DNA from: Catajapyx aquilonaris
Lineage: Eukaryota
Length of the DNA: 50,047 bases
Reading direction: 5' to 3'
NCBI GenBank assembly: GCA_000934665.2
Contig: JYFJ02000727.1
Span: forward strand, 62,001 to 112,047
Position numbers and translations under genes: made by a program. Position 1 is the stretch's first letter, and every line of letters starts with the position of its first letter. The notes under the pieces are model-generated. The model did no database searches and was not told the origin of the DNA. It saw only the letters and a program-made list of their open reading frames with translations. Positions 24,201-37,900 of the stretch are shown piece by piece.

Positions 24201-27200
24201 ATATGACGCTGTACCTTCGTGGAGGAAGGCAGCTTCTGAGACACTATACCACCTGAGCAGAAATGACCAAAATTCCGCGAATCCACGGAAAATTACCATT
24301 TTCACGTAGATACGTATTGGTCCGATCATAAGTGGTACCCCAGATTTTTAGGAAGCGTATACTTCGGCATTGCAACAAAATAAGAGAGGCGGAATGTTTG
24401 ACTTGGTTTTGAATTATTCACCATTGAACACTGAAGCGGGGTAGCAGCAAGTAGGTCGAGTACTTTATGGATCGTCCTTTAGCAAGCAGAACATCGACAT
24501 ATTATTGCCAAGTGGTATGCACAGCACAATAAGTCGGAGCACGTGACGCCAGAACAATTTATTTGTTCTCCAACAACAGACCCACAACACATGATCGATA
24601 CACCCTCATGTGACTATTCGCTCAGGCATGTTACCTTGACGCTAATGGCGTTGGCTCCTAACAAAAGCTGTCATTGCACACAGCCAGACCCAGCCAGAGT
24701 TTCAAACGAGTACGAGATGGGAAAAAATTGCTTCATGTAGGATAATACCTCCATCATCGAATTAAAACAGCAATTACTCTAACGCGATCTCAGGGATGGA
24801 AATCGGTCCCAATGTGAAGCTTTTATACAGATATGTCATAATTTCTCATCAAGCTGATTACTTTTAAAGCCTGTTTCTCCATGTCAGTGATGTCTCCATA
24901 TGCACACACTAATTAAATATGAGCTACATTCCAGTATCCAAATAGAGGTAATTGCTGTTGGAACACATATATACAAAGAGATGGCTTTTTCATTCTTTTC
25001 ATGGAATTCCAGCAATCCAGAGACAGTATTTTGTTATTTTTGATATTCCTAGATAAGTCAGTAGTCACATATGAGGGGTGCATTTCCTATATATAGCTCT
25101 CTCGTAAACCTGAAATATTTGGATTAAATCTTACGCTTCAACGTCAAATACGAAAGGTCAAATTTTCTAAAATAGGCAGGGGTAATTATTCCCATGGACA
25201 TATTATGCCCCTACATCTTCTGCGCGGGAAATGACCCTGTTCAATTTAGATCTATGCAAATCAAGCAAATACGCGACAACAGGTCAGGGATCCCCCTAGT
25301 TTATATAAGCATACCTCCTGGCCCTTAGTCCAGAAGCAATGTATCCTGTATAAACTAATAAGCCATATCAATGACTAAACCATTTCTACAGTTACACTAC
25401 GTTTGCTGCTATGTATGCATAGGATATGGACTTCACTTTTCCCCCCTCAAGGCAGGACGTCATTATACCATATTTTGTGTATGTGCTTTTTAATATGCTG
25501 AAACTTCATGAGTGAAGAGTGTGGAGCCTTGGCAAACTAACACGCAGTATATGCAGAAAATGCTATCTAAATAACAGCTTTCATGTGTTTGGGATACGAG
25601 GATCTGGTAGCATATATGCGCAGTAGTTTCGTGCAACAATGAAGTGAAAAAGCCAATACCAGATGTCACGCTCAGGAGGAATTTTCCCCACATATTGCGC
25701 AGAAATTTGTGTGAACATTCTCTCAGGAATGTTACCTTGGTTATATTTGGATTGATTTATGCTAACAGTACGCCATCACGCTATCCATGCATTGTATATT
25801 ATTCATACTTATATGTGGCTTGAGACGCGTCCTCGTATTGTGGAATTACATAGTTCAGAATTAGCCAGACACTTGCATTGACATCAAGTTTGTCGGTTCA
25901 TATAACCCATTACTCCCTATGTTTGTAGACACACGTACTGTACAGTCGAATGCAAGTTGTAATATATTATAGTCACAGTGAAACTTGTTTTACTGAAAAA
26001 TCTATACAGAGCATTGAACCGAACTTTATTTGTTGGGACAACCAACAGTATGAAGTCAGATGAAAATACTGAACTTTTCCTAACCACTGCACTGACTGCG
26101 CTGCGTTAATTAGCAAGGGAATGAATGGGGGTCAACAAATAATATGCAGATTTGGCCGTTGGCCTGGAATGTGCGTGCCAGCAAAATAATGATTCAACAA
26201 AAGACTGAAAGGAAATATGCTGAGGATCCTGGCAGGATGCTCAGGAAAAGGCATTTTAATTAGTCGCGTAACAAAGCGATCCCAACGGATAGACTTGTGC
26301 GCCAAGTCCAGTCTATCGTGGTTCAACCCCAGCTTCTATCGGCCGATGAAATAATCATAATTACAGCCCGATGCAGCAGTGCCCTTGCCGTTATTGGCCC
26401 CAATAGCCCAATGATTTGGGGCCCCCGTTGGGTGCAGGGCCTCCTCTAATTATCAATAATTCTCAGGAGTTCCATGCAAACGTATCGACCATTTGCATGA
26501 ATTATTTAGGCTCAAATAAAATATGTATCCTATGGCCCCGCTCTACATGCAATAATTTACGGACCTCAGCTTACTTCCCTGACTATCTATTTTTGAAACA
26601 ACATAAAAAAGTTTTGCAAGTAGCACATGTTAATAAAGCGCAAAGTTTCACTACGTCCACACAGTGTTTCAGCCACATTTTTAAAAACTCGCTAAAAATA
26701 CAGCGCCTGACCAAATAAATATTTCACATTTGTAAACTCGGGAACAACTTCACACAAAAGTTGGGAGCATGTCTTCAGAGATGCCCCTACCATTTTCGCC
26801 CCTGAAACATTATTAAGTAAAGAGACTAGAAGGCTCAAAAGAAGTCATGATAAATAAATGAAACCTGCGCCAGTGAGTCAGCAAAAGGGGGCTGCTGAGT
26901 AGCACAATATTATGCAGCCCCTAAAATACAGCCCAACTCATCGATTAATTGATACCCCTCAAAGTCAATACTGACTACACAGCTGACTATCAACAGATAT
27001 TTTCTGTACACCGCATTACATGCCTCAGTCTAGGCGATTATGCCGAGCAGACAAATCCCTCAATGTCACATGGAGTGAAGAGCACTTCACTCGGAATGTG
27101 TTGAGCCAGAATAAAATAGCAGCGCTCAAGTAATTCCTTAATCCGCTTCGGCACCACAAAAATTGCTCCGCCAGCCATGATACAAGTGAGGATGCATTCG

Positions 27201-27898
27201 TCAGCTTCTATCATGGCTTGCCTTATTCAACCAAACTCATCCACGCCGACATTTCCCCCCCATTTCCCGAGATTGCCTACGATATAACTACGTATATATC
27301 CACATAGAATAGCAAAAAAAAAAAGAGGCCTCCCACCCGCCCACCTCATTTTGTATCATAGCCGACTGCTTGGGAATCACAGTGACATTGAGATGCATCG
27401 TGACGTCCCATGTTCCGCTTTAGCGCCGCCATTATGCAAGCAGAATATGAAAAATCTTCCATTGTCCCCCCTACACAACCGGCACGACAGTTACGTTTTC
27501 ACACAAAGTGCCAGCCAGCTAAAAGCAACCTAAGTGTGAACGCTCCGAGCACTCCAACTGTTCCTCTGCATTCGAAACCGTCACGATGTGCCGCAAAATG
27601 ACCATCTATATTTTCCAGTTACATTGCTACAACCGGACAGGTGCACGTTATTAAAGGTGCTTAAAATCACGGACACAAAGAAAACTATCCTTGGTAACTT
27701 TCTTAGCCCCGCACATTTGTTAGTCGGGGCCTCAACCTCGCCCGAAGCACTTCCAAACTGGAATCAAAAGGTAGTTTCGGCTATTGTGGTCTGAGAGGGC
27801 CCGTCACAATGAAGATTCCTGTCCCACGGAAAAAGCTAGAAGGAAGCAGGTCTCGTTTTTTTTTGTTTTTTTTGCGGCCGGTAAGATGGGTGGTAGAG

Positions 27899-27929
27899 GG
27901 GGGGGGGAGAGAGAGAGAGAGAGAGAGAG
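27899..27929. repeat. G-run plus (GA)n microsatellite
   Basis: Directly visible. Confidence 0.9.
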
Positions 27930-30900
27930 AACTTGAAGCTGCCAAGGAGGGCAAGATTACTGAAGCTGGCTCCGACAACCCGTCCTCAGGCCCCTTTTGC
28001 TTGCATCAGGACCACTGGCCCATGAACATTCTCTTCCAAAAAAAAATTCTTTCAAATAAAAAAATGAACCCTCAAGGAGAAGGAATCGAGGGGGACGGCT
28101 TGTCGGTCACCTGACTCGCAGGAAGGGGGTCTAAGAGATTGCAGCAGGTGAAGGCGATGGCCTCTATGTTGTAGGCATCAGAAAAATTAACACCAATCTG
28201 TGCAGCTGGGTAAACAAGATAAGGGGTCGAGTGTTGAATTTACATTTATGACGCAGGTATCGAAGGTACATCGAAGGTTGATGAAATTTATGAGCGTCGA
28301 AGGAGGTGTTGCAACACCTGACTCGCAGCACATTTGCGCATAAAAAATAATCAAAATAGTACAGAAAAAACATACTTGAAAATATCATTGCCTTATTGCA
28401 TTAATAATCCTTGAAGCAACTAGTGCATTTCTCAATGCAACACAAGTCAACGTTCTTACCAACTGTATGTACCCAACAATGTTGCATCAGGCCCTGCAAA
28501 ACGGGCACGGTTCGTGGAGTCAACTGAAATACAAATTATGGCAATTTCCCGAAACCGTACGGTCCCCGTCTCTTCTAGTTTACTGCACTTTTGGAAACAA
28601 AAACCGACAGACCCGTCATTTGCACTTTTGCTCTTTTAGTGAAATATACTCCCGTCTCACCCACATACGAAGCCGACCATGATACAAAAAAATGCAAATA
28701 TACTCCTTCCGTGTAAGACAAATTTTTGCACAACTTGTCTACCTCAAAAAAAAAAGTTTTAAAAAATGGACAAGTTGTAGAGTGAACCTTGTTTCCCCTG
28801 GAATCCCGTGCGGCTTTGCCCCCCTTCCCACACTCCCTAGTCCCCCATCTGTACCCCCGCCTTCCCCCACGCTCAATAACGCTGCGTTCCATCCCCTTTA
28901 TGCCATGGAAGCGCTTCGATTTTTGCGAAATTGCAGCGAATAGGCGAGTTAGCGCTGCTGCTTTTCATCGGCTATCCATATACTGCTATGGGAAAGCAGC
29001 TGCTGGGGAAGAGCCCCCCCCCCATCCCCCTTTCTCTTCGGCAGGCTTGAATCATCCTCCGATTCGGATCCAATCAACTAATTTGATTCGAGGTGAATTG
29101 GCCCGCAAACAGACACGAGTTGATTCGGTGGGGAAGCAACAAGAAAGTTGGCGATAAAAAAAAACAACAACAACAACCCAGAACTGGAGGACATTGCAAT
29201 GAATCGCTTGGTCTAGTGTGATAAAGAAACCACGTGTATTAAAATGTCCTTCGTCGCACACACTATCTGCAAGGAGCCCTGGCCAGTAACGATTATGATT
29301 ACAAAAGAAAGGTCAATAAACAGCCCCAGCAAGCGATTGTTCGTGCTGGTCATGCGACCTCGTAGGAATCCGCATGCGACCCTCGCTAGAACCAAGTACG
29401 ATGACTTTTGTCCCACATGCACACAAAAAATATATAGAGATAAGGGTGGTTCGCAGTATACGGGCACACACAAAAAATGGGACTGCAATGTTACATAACA
29501 CCAACTTTATTGCTCAAAATTTGCCGTTTCTCTCGGCAGCGCTCCGACACATTTCTGAGTTATATAGCCCTATAATTAAGTAACGGGGGTTCAACCTTAA
29601 CGATTAACATAATTATAAATGCTTTGGGAGGGATTTGTTTTTGTTTTTTAAATCTTTGCAGAGCTATCGTGTCCAATGCTGCATAACATGGAACGTTCTA
29701 CAGTACGGTTACATAAGGGCAGATTTAAGCTCGCAACTGTGAGTCACCACTTTGTGCCTTGCCACTACATTGGCACATTTCCCGAGGATTTTCCCACCAC
29801 ACACTCGCGAAATATTAGCCCAATGTAAAAGACATGCAACAATGTTATCGTTTTCTCATGGTTTACGAGAACACGCGATTTATCAGTTTACAATGTGATA
29901 CATTTAAACCGTGGGAATTGATAACACTATATTTATTTGGAACGTAAGTTATAGGAAAGAGTTTAATCCGCAATCCGAATCGAACCGGTTGTGCAGGAAT
30001 AGCAACTTTACAAATAGCAGGTTAATCCAGGATTTATATCAAAGCCTATAATACGTACGTATGTTGTCTTTGTATATATGATGGGTGTAAGGGTGTTCCA
30101 ATTGAAATTACCTTAATGGTTAGCAGGTTTTTGATACTAAGCTGCTCATTTTAAGCCGCTGCTTTGTAACTTACACTTTTAGCGCTTAAGATATCAGCTG
30201 ATTGCATTCTGTTCAATAGAAAACGTATCTGAGGCCCAGTTTCACGGCCTCGGGGAGCGTTTTCTGGTCGGGAAAGAGAGAGAATATGACCCGAAAAATG
30301 TGCGGCATGTTTGCATATCCCTCTGCTTTTTGTTTCTATGCTCACAAAGGGAATTTCTCCTCAAAAAGCGCACACGCGCAAGGTATAGTCTATTAGTCTA
30401 CCTGGCGTAGCCATCTGAAAAAAGCAAAGTTGGCTAATAAATCGCTAACTACCCCATGGCATTTCAATTGGAAAACCCTGTGTATATCCTGCAGTTCACA
30501 ATGCAACCCTTGTGAATTTGAATGTTATTCTGAGCGTCCGGTTGAATGTGTCTATACGAACACTATAGAATGAAGTAGGTTACACAAATTCAAAGGGTGT
30601 CGTGACACGATAAAAATACGTTCTTATGGAGACCTGGTCTGTCGATATATCATGGAACCAAACTGTCATAAATCATACTGTAATATCGGTATACTGTAAG
30701 TTATTGAGAAATGCAGGGCAATGAATTGTTAAACTGTGTACCTGGGCAGTGCGTACCCTCTACTCTATAATCTCGTCAACACTGTTTGACGGTCCTTCTG
30801 CACCATTTTCAAAGATTCTGCACCACGTAGACTACCGTGCAAAAGGCAACACAACAACGCACGTGCAAAATAACATGTACAAAAAAATGGGATGGTAAAC

Positions 30901-31894
30901 GATCCTTTCATAACAGTGGTAAGTGTTCGGGTGATTTCAAAAGTTACTTATTACCATACTCTTTTATACTCGCTTACAAATTAGCCTACAACATGCGTAT
31001 CCATCATGTTCGTTATCAGAAAATTCATATTGAAATTCCAAATCTACCTATACCCTCCAGTCATTTTAAAAATATCGTCATCGCCTAAGCCCTAAAGGCA
31101 AGGCATTGTTGAATCATTAAGAAAAATTATTACAAAATGCTTTACATATTGCTGATGTTTAATAAACTGGCGGTCCAAAATATTAAAGCAGAAATGTCAG
31201 TTCACGGTCTGCTGATATAGATACCGTACGCTCCTCTCCCAATCTAAGACAAACAAACAAAAATTCTCATATAGTCTAGTATCTGAGTGAGTATCATGGA
31301 CAAAAACATATTCGTGTTACATAATATCTTGTCACGATACTTAATTTTACTATTATTCCTATGTGATAATATTTAAGAACTGCTATTAAAACACCATCGG
31401 TGCGGTGATACCCTACGGTCGCTAGTCTACATAAATTCCTAAGAACCGTCGCGTCACCTACCCCTACCCCTGCCACACACCCACACCCACGCCATCCAAT
31501 AACAATTTAATGGCCAGGTCAGATGGCGAACACATGTCAACAATTGATGCGAAACGGTCTGCACTTCCGCTATATAGTTGCATATCGCACCCAGAATACG
31601 TGCCTTCCTTGCTTTTGTGTGACACGTCAATGAGGAAACGTCCAGTGACCATCTGATAAGCAACAGTACCGTAAACCCCAGGACTCAGATATGATTACCA
31701 CGCGGACTTCTGTCTACCCAAAAATGTTCGGTTAGCGTTCAACCCTTATTGCCTTCCACGTGCAACCACAAGCTACCCCATGCTTAAATATTTTTTTTCC
31801 ACATACGACCCTATACGGTCCTTTGGGCCAAATTAATCATCCACAACCCGCCGCCCACCCTACACCAACCCGCAATTATTGATAGGCTCCCCTC

Positions 31895-31918
31895 CTCTCT
31901 CTCTCTCTCTCTCTCTCT
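31895..31918. repeat. (CT)n microsatellite
   Basis: Directly visible. A second (CT)n lies at ~32213-32228. Confidence 0.9.
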
Positions 31919-34900
31919 TTTTTTATTACAAAAATAAGCATAATCTTCGGACATGTGGTGCAGTGGAGAGCGCCCAGAAGGGGGGCTTACCATGGCCCCT
32001 GCCGGCCGCTCTCTCCCTGGGCACCCCTGCATAGCAACCTCCGGCAACCTCCTCTACCAGCGGCAAAGGGGGCGCCCATGCAGTCGCCTAGCAACAACGT
32101 CGCAGCCTCTGACTGGCTGCTGCGGACCAACAGCTGCTGGCCGTTCTACCTCCCGCGTTGCCGGATCAATCTTTTCGAGTGCCGTTGCCAAGTCTACGAC
32201 CTGATTTTTTTTTCTCTCTCTCTCTCTCCATATATACACGCCTCTTTTTTTTTCAGCTCCTGATAGGTTTCTTTGTTTCCTAATGGCGCGAGCCTCGATT
32301 CAACGCACAGGGCTACTCGTTCTCGCCACAAAGTTCTTTTCACGTCGCAGAAAGCGGGTTTAAAAGCAATTTCGAGTATTTACCACAACAAAAGCTGGGC
32401 TGCTACCTGCTGGAGATCCTTTACTGTAAATCGTGACGCATGCAGAGGGCGTAATGCATAGCCCAATAATTGCAATGTATTCACGAGCTGAGTTTTAATG
32501 AAACAGAATGGACCTGTGCACACTAAAACGCAGCGTGTTTTAATCGAGGCAATGGGCAAGGTAACACGATCCTTCAACTTATTGCTTGATCAACACGGTG
32601 CATGAATCATTACCATAAACCTAGCGGTGCCCATGCTTAAACAAAGATAAAAACAAACGCACATGATACGACATATGTTCCAGCATGGCTGTAGCATGAC
32701 GAATAGAAAAAAATGGTTGTGTGCAAAAAGGACGGTTTGACGGCCCTGACCTGAGGTAAAGGATATGACTACGCACATGATAAGCTATTTTCGTACCCGA
32801 ACAATGTGATAGGAGTTGCGATATGAGCTCCAAACTTGATATCCGCCCTGAAATTTTCTAGTTACACACAGCTCACTTTCCCATTAAATATGCAGATATT
32901 ATTTAACGGGAAAATATAGAGGAACATTGCTGAAACTGCTAACTGCTAACAGGACTGCTCGATCAAAACCCCATCGAGACCCAACCGCAGCTGCACAGTT
33001 CAATATCCAAAGTACAATACTAATGCAATCGAACCATACTGGCCTAGGTTCTGCTAACGTTTGCATGACCGTGAGACGATCATTATCGCGATCGCCTGAT
33101 ACTTCTGCACAATAATTCACGTCGGATAACAGTATGACGCTGCGCACGGTCTAGATTGACACGTTTTGTTACTAGATAATCTCGTTTATGTGTGTGCTCT
33201 CTGACGTATCTCTTTCTCCAGGAAAAAGTGTCATCTGCAGGCTGCATCTCTGCGCATAATGACCAACCTCGTCCCGCTTTCCCATGCAAGGTTCTGCTAA
33301 AATATTCCACACTTTTAGGCTCCTGCAGCTTCTTGCACATTGCGGAACTGTCGAAATATCCTTCTCCCATCATGCGAGATGACCTTTCACCACAGTCACC
33401 CCAGCGCTTTAGCAAAGTTTTAAACGTTAGCCAACATAATGTGCGACTGTCATAAAACCACAATCTAGCTAATACATTGGGTAAATAAGATAACTTCGCT
33501 ATATCAGTGCACTCTGCCAATCTTGACCTAATATGCAAACGTCCCTCAGCATGAAGTTACATGAAGTATGAACCAGCTTCTGTGACACCCCGTTCATCAT
33601 GTCACGCCGTGTGAAAATCAATACGAATTTAGAAAGGTCCCCTCCCTTGCATCGAAATCCCTCATGCAAACACTAATGGGGCCGTCCTCCCAAACCTCTC
33701 ATTAAATGACTTGCCCCCAGGAAGCTTCATGCAGTACAGTTTTTACCATGGTTCAGATGTAGTCATCTTGAATCGCCCCTCCTCCCTAAAAAAAAAGTAG
33801 AGGGGTCGAGGTCATCTGTGACTCCGCCTTGCATCTCATTTCGTGCAGGACAAAGACAGCAGCAGTGTTGTCACATCCTTTCCCTGCAGCGCGACACGCG
33901 ATCCGGCTTTAAAAATACCCGTCCAAAAACTGCTCAAAACACAGCGTATGTAGGATGTTGACTCCTGCAAAGAAGGTCGTCAGCAATGGCAAAGACTGTG
34001 GGCGCGGACCCACCTGGGAGCAATCCAATCCTTCCGCATATCCGGCAGGTGTAAAAACCCTGGTCCCCCAAAATTATGGAAATGTCTCTCACCGCGATGA
34101 CATTCAGCAAAAAGTCGAAATTTTTTCATGAGGTCAGCCCTCAAGTTTGGCAAGACTCCATTGGTTCCCCTTCGCTAGAACGCAAAATCTGGTCTCCTCA
34201 ACTTCTCCAAAAAAAAAAAATTCAACTTGATTCCTAGGTGAAAACAGGTACGAAACCAGATTTTCAAGCTCCAATTTCCGTCCCTCCTCTTTACCCTTCC
34301 CCTTTTCGCAATTTTGCAGTCGACTTATCGAGATGGACCGCGTCCAGGAAAAGGTGGCACACATAAAGGAGGGTGAGAATAATTATATATGTACCCCCCG
34401 CTTTTTTAAAAAAATGGAGAAGCGGCAGGACGCGTGCTGCATTGGTACAAACGCTATTGAATTTACTGCGAGCGTGCTCCCCACCCTACCTGAAAGACAA
34501 CAAAGCAGTGGGTACCACATTGGAGAGGGAAGGGGGGAGAACATGGCAACAATGGCTCATAGGACGCGCCAGCTGACATCCCCCGAAATGAATGAGTGGG
34601 GGCGAACGAAACCAAATGCCACCCACCCTACACACGTATAGAGTTGCCAATTTTCTCTGCAGGAGACGGGGGCCTTTGTGCCAAAAACCCGTAGGGTAAG
34701 GGGGGGGGGAAGTGAAAATGGTACCCTGGTACATATATAAGATTGAGCAAATACACACAAATTGGGGGAAATACTGTCCGGTTTGTCTGAAACAATCTCA
34801 TAGAAAAGGTGTGCTCAATGGGATTTCACGTACAATGGGTGTAGCATTGTCCTTTTGCCCCCACCTCGCCCTACTGCTTTTTTCTACTTTCAGGTGCGCG

Positions 34901-37900
34901 GTACCGCAGATTAAGCGACGCCAAGCCGGATATGCATGGGTGCTTTTATTCATAAAGCTGAACATACTCAATGTGTGTTCACTCATTGAATGAGTACAGC
35001 GCGTGGCTTCAACCTAAGACTGGTTCTGTCACAAGTTTCATTGCTGACATTGTTGGTTGAAGCAACGCCTGGGCAATATCTAGTTCAAAAAAAAACAGTA
35101 CACGTTTTTTAGTTAAAATGTCGCCACCTACGTACACACTATACATGCCATGGCCGACGAATATAAAAAACATGGCTAATTAGGGCCTCGCACGCAAATA
35201 ACGTCATGAATGTATTCACTTCCTTACTTTTATCAGCGCACTAACTCGGGATTAACGAGTAGTGAAAGAAGTAATCAGAGTCCAAGAAGAACCCTGAAGC
35301 ATGAAAGCAGCTCATTACTCTCCTTCTTACGCCGGAGAATAAAGCGCCTCATTCTGATGAACGAACAAAGGATTAACAAGGCTAGACGGACGCGAGCAGT
35401 AACATTCCACTCAGTATATGTAGAAAAATATCGAGCATTTTCATCCAGTATTGCATCCTCTCCTACCTCTTCAATAAGTGAACGAAAGAGCTGAAAATAC
35501 AAGAAAATGATACGGGCACATTGTATTTTCTTTGTATGCAAGTGGAAATTGAGTCTGAATGCATTTCCTCATTGCATTTCACTTCTCGTGGGAGTGTCCC
35601 CAACAAGGCACCATTCAGACATACTTTTTATGGCTCCCCCAACAATCTCCGGTGAGTAAATCAGCTCCGAGTAATGGCTTATGAGGGGAAATGCAGTCCC
35701 CTGAGCCAAAATGTCCTCTTCCCTCCTCCAAAAAATCTCCTGGCTATGACAGCTGTTGGACGGGTGTGGGAACCCCAAAAGGGACAAAGAACTGGTCGAG
35801 TATGTCGGGCGGCGGCGGGGGTGCGCAGTCAGCTGTGCCTCCTCTTCACTGCTCCACTGGACACCCCAAAGCATCTTTGTTTCAGGTCCTCATGGCCATC
35901 AATGCCATCCCGCTACATCCTAATTATGCCAAATCTTGGTCTCTTCTTTTTTAAGCCAAAAGTTGCTGTAGGTGTGGCTCCACCCTGTGATTACAATGCG
36001 GCTGCGTCACTTGCACCATTAGGGGAGAAAACCGGCTGGGTACGCACCTGTCCAACCCATCTCATGCCCCAGAGGGGGTCCAGAAAACCGGCAAGGTCAC
36101 CTCCAACCATGGAAGCAGCTGCTTTTATGAGATGCTAGAGTTATCTCTTTGGACGTAAATACGTACAGAGCGGAACTTACGAATTGCGAAACTCGGTACT
36201 CTTATACCCAAAAATGGCTAGTGCGCCAGAGCGGACTGGTTATGACGCAGGGCAGTTTCCTGAGGCTATACAACGGGGTACATTCAACCTGTTACATAAG
36301 GTCAGGGTGACCTTCAAGGTCGTGCCTGTTTGTCGAATTTCAAACCTGTCACACCTTGGCCGCGGTACATGATAGTCGTTAACGGTAAGGAGCAAACACT
36401 TCTATTGCGGTTTGCACATCTGCCTGGACTCTCTGTTAATTATTCATCCAATAATTCTCAGCCACCTGCTACTTTCTTATCGCGGGAGCTGCATTAGTCC
36501 AGGGCTATAAGGTCAGCCGGGGCATTGCAGCAACTGCCGGGTTATCGTAATTTCGCTCACGTGATTTGCCCGCGCAGAGAATCAGATAATTACCACAGTC
36601 TGAAGCAACACTTAATTCTTGCTTATGTGCAATGCTCTCTGAAGCAAAAACTCACGCTGCATATACTTAAACGGTGTCAAAATCGCCAGAAAAACACTAA
36701 TAAAAAAACCCTAACTGTACGAAGTACTGTACTTATAACGTAGCGGCTCCATAACAATATGCGCAATTTTGCAACTTGTACATGCATTTAATATCGTGAG
36801 GCCAATTATTTGCACTTGCACGCCGAGGGGGAGTAATTCGGGGTCCTGCTGCAGCCCCAACTTTCTACTCAGTCTGTCCCTTTGGAGGAACACTCCAATG
36901 TGTCAACCGTTGGAACCAGAGCTTGCATGCCGCGTTTTTGAGTGAAAGTTGGCTCCACTTCCGCCTGCGCAGTTACCAGGACAGCCAGCCGGGACAAAAG
37001 GGAGTCTCATCATCAGATAATAACCCTCATCTGACGAGAAAATATCAAATTAATTTGCTTACTGGACTGCGAAGGGTTCGTTTCCCCCTGCAGATGTAAG
37101 GCTTTTGCCCTCTCTTATGCTCTTGAATTGCAGGAAGTAAGAAACCTGACTGGCTCCCACACCTGCCAACAAAACCTGCAGGTAAGTTGCTGCAGGGTCA
37201 TGCCGCAAAAATGTTCTCAGCCAGGTAGGTTTTTCCCGCACTGGATCAGCCGATTTTCTGCGTGTCATAAAAAAAAGCAACAACGCGAGACCTGCATGGG
37301 CTGGGTTGGCAGCCCGTGAAAGTAAATCCGAAACGTGCAGGGGTAGGATACCAAGGGGTGAGTCCACACCCTGAACATATCATGCCCCGCCAGACCCAAC
37401 AACACCACTGTTCATTCACCCCCATAGAAAAAAGGTATGCTCTAAAATGGTGTACTACATAGTCTGAGGGTAATTTGGGCAAAATGGGTGTTTTTCTGGC
37501 CTAACCACGACGACGGAATGATTTTCCCTCCGCAAGAATGCATGAAGGGCCTCGTAATTGACAGGTCGTTGACGTTGGAGCCACGACAAGAAGAGCAAAG
37601 CCCTATGTGTGCACGCTCTTGCCTGAACCGGCCATACGAGTTAAGACGGCCTAACCTGGCGTTAGTCAGCATCATTCTGGCAGACCATGCCCCTGCTGAC
37701 CACTCGACCAGAATCCACAACGCAACATCCTTGACATGTAGACAGAGTGTTCCCTTCTGCTCAAGTGTATACCTTTATAAGTACGGGACACGCCTATCCG
37801 ATAATGGTCGAGCAAATATTACATAGCCCGACCGGAAACGGGAACAAAAAAAAATTAATAAAAAATGATCCAGTAGATAAACACATGGAAACTGGTTTGA

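Noticed and set aside
14328..35772. Su(H)/CSL sites YGTGGGAA (about 14328, 22373, 29911, 35765) suggesting Notch control
   Set aside because: The count is about what chance predicts in 50 kb, and no paired site was seen.
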